This document shows, piece after piece, positions 30,624 to 37,243 of a stretch of 37,243 bases of DNA (the first letter of the stretch is position 1; every line of letters begins with the position of its first letter). The stretch comes from Chrysochromulina tobinii (taxonomy: Eukaryota). Made by a program: the position numbers and the translations under genes. The notes under the pieces are model-generated. The model searched no databases, was not told the DNA's origin, and saw only the letters and a program-made list of their open reading frames with translations. The stretch is from the NCBI GenBank assembly GCA_001275005.1, contig JWZX01003132.1, forward strand, positions 1-37,243, written 5' to 3'.

Positions 30624-33600
30624 CTAAAGTGGCGGTGATAACGGCGATCGTGGTATTGTCTGCATCGGCGACAACAGTAGCTGATGGTGATGGCGCAGGA
30701 GCCAATGGCGATGGCGCAGCAGCCGATGACGAGAGCGCAGCAGCCAATGACGAGAGCGCAGCAGCCGATGACGAGAGCGCAGCAGCCGATGACGAGAGAG
30801 CAGCAGCCGATGACGAGAGCGCATGAGCCAAGTCGTGAGCCAAGGCCGAGGGCGCGCAAGCCGAGACGGAGGGCGCACGAGCTGAGGCCAATGGTGCAAC
30901 ACAATCCGATGGCGATGGCGTGACACCAGCGAGAGCGCACGAGCCAAGGCCAAGGGCGAACGAGCCAAGGCGAATGACGCAACAGCCAATGGCGATGGCA
31001 AAGCACCAGCGGATGGCGATTGCGCAGCAGCCAATAGCGACGGCGCGGCAGCCGTTGGCGACAGCGCAGCAGCCGATGAAGACGGCGCGGCGACAGCCGA
31101 TGTCGATGCTGGTGGCGCGGCGGCCGATGGCGATGGCAGTACGGTACCCGATGGCGACGACGGCGCGGCCACCGATGGCAACAATGCAGCCGCCGCCGAT
31201 GGCAACGACGGCGCGGTGGCCGCCGATGGCGATGGCGGCAGTTGATGGCAACGGCGCGGAGGCAGCCGACGGCGCAGCGGCAGTCGATGGCGATGGCGCG
31301 GTAGCAGCCGATGACGATGACGCGGCCGCGATGGCGACAACGCGGCGACAGCCGATGGCGGCGGCGCGAGGGCAGCCGATGGCGGCGGCGCGGAGGCAGC
31401 CGATGGTGGCGGCGCCGCGGCAGCCGATAATGATATCGCATAAGCTGGCAGCTGATGGCAATGGCACAGCACCAAGGAATGGCGATTGCGCAGCAGCCAA
31501 TGGCGCACGAACCAAGACTGACGGCGCCCGAGTCGAGGGTGATGGCGCAGCAGCCAATGACGATGGCCACGGCCAGTGACAAAGGTGCAAGCAATGGGCG
31601 TATTTGCTGCGGCGACTATGCAAGTGGTGACAGTAGCCACAGCGACGATAGTATCGGCGTCGGTGGAATCAGCGATGGCAGCATCAGTCACAGCTGCGTT
31701 AGCTGCGTTAGCGGCAGCATCGGCAACAGTGGCACTCGTGATGGCAACAGCAATGATAGCAGCAATAGGGATGGCAGCGATAGAAGCAGCGGCGATGGCA
31801 GCAGCCGACGTTGCAGCAGCCAATGACATTGCACGAGCCAAAGCCGATGGCCGCGCACAAGCCAAGGCTAATGGTGCGGCACAGGCCGTGGCTGACGCAT
31901 CAGCATCGGAAACCGCCGGGGCGGTCATGGCAGTAGCAGCGATAGCAGTTACAGCTGCAACGGTGACGGCGGCTGCGGCGGTGGCGGCATCGACAACGGT
32001 AGCTTCGACGGCGGTGGCAAGGTCAACCGTGGCGATGGCAGTGGCTACGACGACCGTATCTGTGATGTAGGCAACGATGGCAGTAAGTGCGATAGCAGAT
32101 AGGCCAAGTCCTGTCGGGGCCCCTCCTGGCCAGATGCCAGGCTGAGTTTTGGTCGAAGCCCCTCCTGGCCAGATAGCGGGTTGAGCCCATGGCAATGATG
32201 AAGCTGGGCGTAGGAATGCCAGCGGCGAGCTGCCTGATGAGTGATCGGCTGAGCCGCCGAGGCCACTGGGCGATGGAAAAACATGCACCAGGCTGCACAT
32301 GAACATCGAGCCACGTAGGCCGCCAAGCGGGGTAAGCAGGCTACGCACGAGTGCCGAGCAACCTCGGTCGCCGAATGAGTCGAGCGCAGTGGAGGCACGT
32401 AAGCTGCCAAGTGACGCCACGTGCACTGGTGCTGAGTCACCGCTGAGGCAACCTAAAGAGGCAAGCGTAGGGCCGTCACCGCCAAATAAGGCGAGCGCGG
32501 CAGAGCCGCTGAGGCTGATGAGTGAGCTGCTGAGGGTGCTAAGTAACGCCACGCGCACTAGCGCCGAGCCACCAAGTGAGGCAAGCACCGAGCCGCAAGG
32601 TCGACCAAAAGAGGCGCCGCAGGCGAGCGCGGCTGAGCCCATGAGGCATGAGGCAAGCAATGAGCCGCCGAGGCTGCTAGGGCGACCGACAGAGGCGAGC
32701 ACGAAGTCATTGCCGTCAAACAAGGCGAGTGCGGCAGAGCCGCAGAGGCTGCCAAACGAGGCGAGCGCGGCACAGCCGCTGAGGCCGCCGAGTGCGGCAG
32801 AGCCGCAGAGGCTGCCAAACGAGGCGAGCGCGGCACAGCCGCTGAGGCCGCCGAGTGACGCGTGGCTATGGCGCATCAAGCCGTCTGCCACGTAATCGGC
32901 CGTTGACCCGTAATCAGCCCTTGACCCGGACGCGTGACTACGGTGCATCAAGCCGTCTGCCACGTCATCAGCCCTCGACGCGCCATCGCTGCCAAACAAG
33001 GCGAACGCAGCAGAGCCGCAGAGGCCGCCAAGCGAGAGCGCGGCCGCGGCAGAGCCGCTGAGGCCGCCGAGTGGCGCGTGGCTATGGGGCATCAAGTCGT
33101 CCCTCGACCCGGCGGCAGAGCCACAGAGGCCGCGCTCGAGCGCGGCAACAGCAGAATCAGCCCTCGACCCGGCCCCTCCTGGACGTATCAGCATGATAAC
33201 GGCCAGACCATATGAGAGGGCAAATGGCAATGGCGGGAGCGATGAAGGCGCAGCCAAGGCAAAGACAGCCGATGCTGATGGCGCAGCCGATGCTGATGGC
33301 GCAGTCAATGCCAACGCCAAGGGCAACGGCACGGGCAACGAGAAGGGGGCCAAGGGCGCCACAGGCGATGGCGCATGAGCCGAGAACCGTAGCGCACAAG
33401 CTAATGGCGATGATGCACGAGCTGAGGGCGACGACGCATGAGCCAAATGCGGCGGCGTATCGGCTGAGGGCGACGGCGCACGAGCTGATGCTGATGGCAA
33501 AGCTGATGCCGCCAAGGTCAATGGCGCAGCCGAGGCCAAGGGCGCCAAGGAGGCCAAGGGGGGATGCGCAATCGCCGACGGCGATGCTGTAGCCCATGGC

Positions 33601-36600
33601 GATGGCGCACGAGCCGATGAGGGCGACGGTGCATGAGCCAAGGGCCATGGCACACGAGCTGGGGCTGATGGCTCGGCCAATATCGCAGCCGATGCCGACG
33701 CCGATGGCGAAGCCAACGGCGATGCTGTAGCCCATGGTGATGGCGTGCGAGCCACGGGTGATGGCACACGAGCCAAGAGCGATGGCTGAGCCGGCGCCAA
33801 GGGCGATGGCGCAGTCGATGCCAAGGTTGACAAAGCCGGTGCCAAGGCCAATGGCGCAACCGATGCCAAGGGCGATTGCGCATAAGCACATGTCGATGGC
33901 GCACAAGCCGAGACGAATGGCGTACGAGCTAACAGCGATGCCATAGCCGATGCCAAAGCCGATGCCGAGGTCGAGGGCATAGCCAAGGTGAAGGGGGATG
34001 GCGCGGAGGCCGAGGCCGAGGCGGATGTTGCGGCCAAGGTCGGCATCAACAGAGCGATGGCCGAGGACGGCAATGCACGAGTCCATGACGATGGCACACC
34101 AGCAGTTTCGTCGGCAACGTCCTCAACGGGAGCAGCGTCCGCAATGCCGTCGGCGGCGACGGCGGCGACGGAGGCAATAGCATCGGCGGCGACGGCAGTC
34201 GAGGGTGGCATCCGAGCTGGCGGTACAGCCGACGCCAAGAGCAACGGCGCGGCCAACGTCAATGGCAATGATCCAGCCCTCGAGCCATCGGTCGCTGAGC
34301 CAAGCCTCGAGCCGCCGAGGCGACTGAGCAACGAGCCGAGCTCTAAGCCGTCAAGCACTGAGCAAATTATTGAGCCGTGGGGCGCCGAGTTGTCGAGCAC
34401 TGAGCCGAGCATCGAGGCACCCATGACACTGAGCAACAGGCCAATCGTCGAGCAGTCAGGTGCGGAGCCGAGCACCGAGCTGCCGATGCCATCGAGCGCC
34501 GAGCCGAGCGCCGAGGCGCCAAGGGCATCGAGCGCCAAGTTGAACGTTGAGATATCGACGTCGTCGGGCGCCGAACCGAGGCCATCCAGCTCTGAGCCGA
34601 GCACCGAGTCCACGAGCGCGAAGCTGATCGCTGAGCACCTGCCAAGGCCATCGATTGCCGAGCAGTCGAGGCCATCGAGTGACGAGCAAAGCGTTGAGCC
34701 GCCGAGGCCATCGATCACCAAGCTGAGCATCGAGCTGTTGAGCGCTGAGCCGACAGGCGCCAAGCCGGGCATAGAATGTGAGAGCACATGCCGAGGCAAC
34801 GGTGGCACGCAAATCGGCAGGGGAAGCACATGCCGAAGCAACGAAGGCGCGCAAATTGGCGACGTTAGCGACGACGGCGGTGGCGTCTTCATCATCGGCA
34901 CAGACGGCTGCGGCGGTGATGGCTGCGTCTGCGGCGGTGGCGCATACGCCTCTATAGATGGCAGCAATAGCGCAAGTAAACCCACACACGAGGGTGGTAC
35001 AAGCGCCAAGGGTGACGGTGTAGCACGAGCTGAACGCGATGCCAAGACCGATGGCGCAGCCGATGTCACACAAGCCGAGGGCACCACTGAGGCGAAAGCC
35101 AACGGCGCAGACGAGGCCGGGGGAGGCGACGGCGCCGAGGACGAGGGGGGTGGCGCACGAGGTTGCGGCGCAGCCAACGCCAAGAGTAACAGCGCAGCCA
35201 AAGGGGCTAAGGGCGACCTCGCAGCCCACAGTGCACAAACTGATTGCGCTGCACAAGCTGGCGGCACACAAGCCGAAGTTGACGAGGCCGACGGCGCAGC
35301 CGACGCCGCAAGGGCAGAGGGCGATGCGGCAGTGGCAACGGCAGCGATGTCGGCACGACCAGCGGCTGCAAGGGCGGCAGCGCCACGGGCAGGGGCGGCG
35401 GCATTGCAAAGGCCATCGAAACACGTCTCGCCATAGAGAACAGCTAAGGCTGAGGAGGGCGGCGCATGAGCTGGTGGCGCAGCCAACGGCAACGGTGACG
35501 GTCCAGCCCGCGTCGATGGCAACGGTGCGGCCGAGGCCAAAAGCGACAACGCAGCCCGCGGCGAAGGCGTACAGGCCGACCGCGCCGCAAGGGCTGACTG
35601 CACATGAGCCGAGGCAAACAGCGCGGAGGCCAAGCCCGAGACAGATGGCGTATGAGCCGAGGCTGATGGTGCACAGGCCAAGGCTGACAGCGCAGCCGAC
35701 GGCGCACGAGCCCGCGCCGAGGCCGACGGCAGATCAGGCGGCGCACGAGCCAAAGTTGACGCGGAGGCTAACGGCATACAGCTAAAAATCGGTGACGAGG
35801 GCACTGTCTGCGGTGGCAGGAGCACAGAAGCAGGCGAACGTGGCCATGGTGGTGAACGTGGCCATGGTGGTATGAGTGATGCCGAATGTAGCACCAACAT
35901 GGGTGGCGGCAGTGGAAGCAAACGCAAAGGTGATGTAGGCGCACAAGTCGGCAACGGCAACATATGCCGAGGCGACGAAGGTGCACAATTCGGCAGTGAA
36001 AGTAATTGCCGGGGCGACGACGGCGCACAAAATGGCAGTGGAAACACATGCCGGGGCGACGAAGGCGCACAAAACGGCAGGGAAAGTGAATGCCGGGGCG
36101 ACGACGGCGCACAAAACGGCGGTGGAAACGTATGCCGGGGCGACGAGGGCGCACAAAACGGCAGGGAAAGTGAATGCCGGGGCGACGACGGCGCACAAAG
36201 CGGCGGTGGAAACACATGCCGAGGCGACGAGGGCGCACGAATCGGCAGTGAAAGGGATTGCCGGGGCGACGACGGCGCACAAAACGGCAGCGGAAACACA
36301 TGCCGAGGCGACGAGGGCGCACAAAACGGCAGTGGAAACACATGCCGAGGCGACGAGGGCGCACGAAACGGCAGCGAAAGTAAGGGCCGAGGCGACGTAG
36401 GCGCGCAAATCGGCACTGGGAGCGAACGCCGATGCGACAAGGGCGCACAAATCGGCAGCAAGGGCAAATGCCGAGGTGACAAAGATGCATCCATCGGCAG
36501 TGAAACAGCACACCGTGGCAAGGCTGCAGGCGGTGGCAAAAGTGGAGATGAAGGCTTCTGACAGAGGCGCGGCCCGGAGCGATGGCACGACGGCACGAAG

Positions 36601-37007
36601 TGCAGTTCGTGCAGTGAAAGTGCACGAGACGATGGAGGCTGGCGGTGACGCTGACGCCACGGCAAAGGTGCATTGGCCGATAAAGGTGGCATGAAGTGCG
36701 CTGCCAGGCGCGGCAGAAGCGCAGTGGCCATCGAAGGTGGCATGGGATGTACCACATTGCAAGGTTGCAGCAGACGAGCACTTGCAAAGCGCCCACCAAA
36801 GGGGTGGCCATTGCGTTGCTGCAAAACCAGGGTCAGCAAAGAGGCCAGAACGGAGGAGACGGTGGCAGAGGCGTCGATCGGCGCAGCCAAAGAGTTCGAA
36901 GGGATTCCCGGGAAGCCATATCGCGTGGACACGGGGCCCAACGCGGCGAAAGCAAATGTAAGAGGCACCATGGCTCCACTCAACCACGAAATCACAAACA
37001 CCCACAT
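30624..37007 (-). CDS. Giant low-complexity Ala/Pro/Ser/Leu-rich ORF (about 2127 codons) inside the LTR element; translation unproven
   Basis: Stop-free frame from ATG 37007, which lies inside the 5' LTR, with a hydrophobic start MWVFVISWLSGAMVPLTFAFAALG. The last ~320 codons alternate between repeat registers. Confidence 0.4.
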   Translation of the reverse strand: MWVFVISWLSGAMVPLTFAFAALGPVSTRYGFPGIPSNSLAAPIDASATVSSVLASLLTLVLQQRNGHPFGGRFASARLLQPCNVVHPMPPSMATALLPRLAAHFMPPLSANAPLPWRQRHRQPPSSRALSLHELHFVPSCHRSGPRLCQKPSSPLLPPPAALPRCAVSLPMDASLSPRHLPLLPICAPLSHRRSLPVPICAPTSPRPLLSLPFRAPSSPRHVFPLPFCAPSSPRHVFPLPFCAPSSPRQSLSLPIRAPSSPRHVFPPPLCAPSSPRHSLSLPFCAPSSPRHTFPPPFCAPSSPRHSLSLPFCAPSSPRHVFPLPFCAPSSPRQLLSLPNCAPSSPRHMLPLPTCAPTSPLRLLPLPPPMLVLHSASLIPPWPRSPPWPRSPASVLLPPQTVPSSPIFSCMPLASASTLARAPPDLPSASARARAPSAALSALACAPSASAHTPSVSGLASALFASAHVQSALAARSACTPSPRAALSLLASAAPLPSTRAGPSPLPLAAPPAHAPPSSALAVLYGETCFDGLCNAAAPARGAAALAAAGRADIAAVATAASPSALAASAAPSASSTSACVPPACAAQSVCALWAARSPLAPLAALLLLALAAPQPRAPPPSSSAPSPPPASSAPLAFASVVPSACVTSAAPSVLASRSARATPSPLALVPPSCVGLLALLLPSIEAYAPPPQTQPSPPQPSVPMMKTPPPSSLTSPICAPSLLRHVLPLPICVPPLPRHVLSHSMPGLAPVGSALNSSMLSLVIDGLGGSTLCSSLDGLDCSAIDGLGRCSAISFALVDSVLGSELDGLGSAPDDVDISTFNLALDALGASALGSALDGIGSSVLGSAPDCSTIGLLLSVMGASMLGSVLDNSAPHGSIICSVLDGLELGSLLSRLGGSRLGSATDGSRAGSLPLTLAAPLLLASAVPPARMPPSTAVAADAIASVAAVAADGIADAAPVEDVADETAGVPSSWTRALPSSAIALLMPTLAATSASASASAPSPFTLAMPSTSASALASAMASLLARTPFVSACAPSTCAYAQSPLASVAPLALAPALSTLASTAPSPLAPAQPSLLARVPSPVARTPSPWATASPLASPSASASAAILAEPSAPARVPWPLAHAPSPSSARAPSPWATASPSAIAHPPLASLAPLASAAPLTLAASALPSASARAPSPSADTPPHLAHASSPSARASSPLACALRFSAHAPSPVAPLAPFSLPVPLPLALALTAPSASAAPSASAVFALAAPSSLPPLPFALSYGLAVIMLIRPGGAGSRADSAVAALERGLCGSAAGSRDDLMPHSHAPLGGLSGSAAAALSLGGLCGSAAFALFGSDGASRADDVADGLMHRSHASGSRADYGSTADYVADGLMRHSHASLGGLSGCAALASFGSLCGSAALGGLSGCAALASFGSLCGSAALALFDGNDFVLASVGRPSSLGGSLLASCLMGSAALACGASFGRPCGSVLASLGGSALVRVALLSTLSSSLISLSGSAALALFGGDGPTLASLGCLSGDSAPVHVASLGSLRASTALDSFGDRGCSALVRSLLTPLGGLRGSMFMCSLVHVFPSPSGLGGSADHSSGSSPLAFLRPASSLPWAQPAIWPGGASTKTQPGIWPGGAPTGLGLSAIALTAIVAYITDTVVVATAIATVDLATAVEATVVDAATAAAAVTVAAVTAIAATAMTAPAVSDADASATACAAPLALACARPSALARAMSLAAATSAAAIAAASIAAIPIAAIIAVAITSATVADAAANAANAAVTDAAIADSTDADTIVAVATVTTCIVAAANTPIACTFVTGRGHRHWLLRHHPRLGRRQSWFVRHWLLRNRHSLVLCHCHQLPAYAISLSAAAAPPPSAASAPPPSAALAPPPSAVAALSPSRPRHRHRLLPRHRHRLPLRRRLPPRRCHQLPPSPSAATAPSLPSAAAALLPSVAAPSSPSGTVLPSPSAAAPPASTSAVAAPSSSAAALSPTAAAPSLLAAAQSPSAGALPSPLAVASFALARSPLALARALSLVSRHRHRIVLHHWPQLVRPPSRLARPRPWLTTWLMRSRHRLLLSRHRLLRSRHRLLRSRHWLLRSRHRLLRHRHWLLRHHHQLLLSPMQTIPRSPLSPPL
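30717..30822 (+). repeat. 21-bp tandem repeat x5 inside the element
   Basis: Unit gcagcagccgatgacgagagc. Confidence 0.9.
35905..36500 (-). repeat. 42-bp tandem repeat, about 14 copies (CAPSSPRHxxPLPF in the long ORF)
   Basis: For example ggcgacgagggcgcac recurs at 36307 and 36349. Degenerate copies also occur near 34780-34860. Confidence 0.92.
36901..36918 (-). promoter_or_regulatory. Putative primer-binding site TGGCTTCCCGGGAATCCC
   Basis: It starts with TGG (complementary to tRNA CCA) immediately after the 5' LTR. The matching tRNA was not identified. Confidence 0.5.
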
Positions 37008-37105
37008 CCCCACAGGGAATTCCCCACAGACTAAGTACTCCTAGGGTTGATGGCTATAACATATACAATCGTACGCATACCTAATATCGAATATGCCCCG
37101 AGACA
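36919..37105 (-). repeat. 5' LTR (minus strand TGTCTC...CGATA)
   Basis: Near-identical to 30210-30396. It contains a TATA-like GTATATGTTATAG upstream of ATG 37007. Confidence 0.92.
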
Positions 37106-37151
37106 CAAAAGGAGACATCCCGAGTGAGAGGGTCCCGCCCTGTACCCTCTA

Positions 37152-37243
37152 GACCCCTTTTCTGGACCCTCGGGACCCCTGGACCCCTGGACCCCTCTGG
37201 GACCCCTGGACCCTCGGGACCCCCAGGCTGAACCCCTGGACCC
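37152..37243 (+). repeat. Degenerate GGACCCCT minisatellite running off the right edge
   Basis: Repeated ggacccct/ggaccct units with variable spacers. Confidence 0.85.

Larger units (their letters stand above)
30210..37105 (-). mobile_element. LTR retrotransposon-like element, 6896 bp, apparently non-autonomous (LARD-like)
   Basis: 187-bp direct repeats at both ends, CAAAA flanking both sides (30205-30209 and 37106-37110), TGG directly after the 5' LTR and GAGGGG before the 3' LTR. No gag/PR/IN/RT/RNaseH motifs were seen. Confidence 0.88.

Noticed and set aside
35905..36500. CRISPR-like array (also considered for 19592-19705 and 30717-30822)
   Set aside because: These are contiguous tandem repeats without unique spacers, there are no cas genes and the context is eukaryotic.
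35872..36561. Plus-strand ORF with repeated CRGD (integrin-binding-like) motifs
   Set aside because: It is the antisense reading of the 42-bp repeat, opposite to the element's orientation, with no signal peptide or independent support.
36890..36918. tRNA gene suggested by GTTCGAA...CCA
   Set aside because: No T-stem or cloverleaf pairing is visible. It is better explained as the complement of a PBS-like site.
37152..37243. Telomere
   Set aside because: The units are irregular GGACCCCT rather than (TTAGGG)n-type, and they are C-rich on the plus strand, the wrong polarity for a right-hand chromosome end.

Overview
GC-rich eukaryotic genomic DNA, most likely from a haptophyte-type alga. This is inferred from the compact genes, short spliceosomal introns, a plastid FabH with a bipartite presequence and several flagellar genes. 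Positions 1-29.9 kb hold about 16 protein-coding genes, many in head-to-head pairs. They are a partial SPPPP-rich secreted protein, a hypothetical protein, an erythromycin-esterase-family protein, COMMD7, IFT56/TTC26, ARL2BP/BART, FabH, an IroE/BesA-like esterase, an ELM2-SANT/RAMA/PHD/chromo/RAMA chromatin protein, eIF2B-beta, proline iminopeptidase, a small membrane protein, UNC119, a PLOD-like glycosyltransferase, an ankyrin protein and a ~1460-aa Sfi1-repeat/EF-hand protein. Positions 30210-37105 form a structurally complete, very young LTR element on the minus strand. It has 187-bp LTRs that differ at one base, TG...TA ends, a 5-bp CAAAA target-site duplication, and PBS-like and PPT-like sites. 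It shows no recognisable gag/pol and instead carries a ~2100-codon Ala/Pro/Ser-rich ORF. The best leads are this element, the double-RAMA chromatin reader, the Sfi1/EF-hand protein and a probable GA-AG intron in UNC119. All family calls come from motifs recognised by eye; no searches were run.
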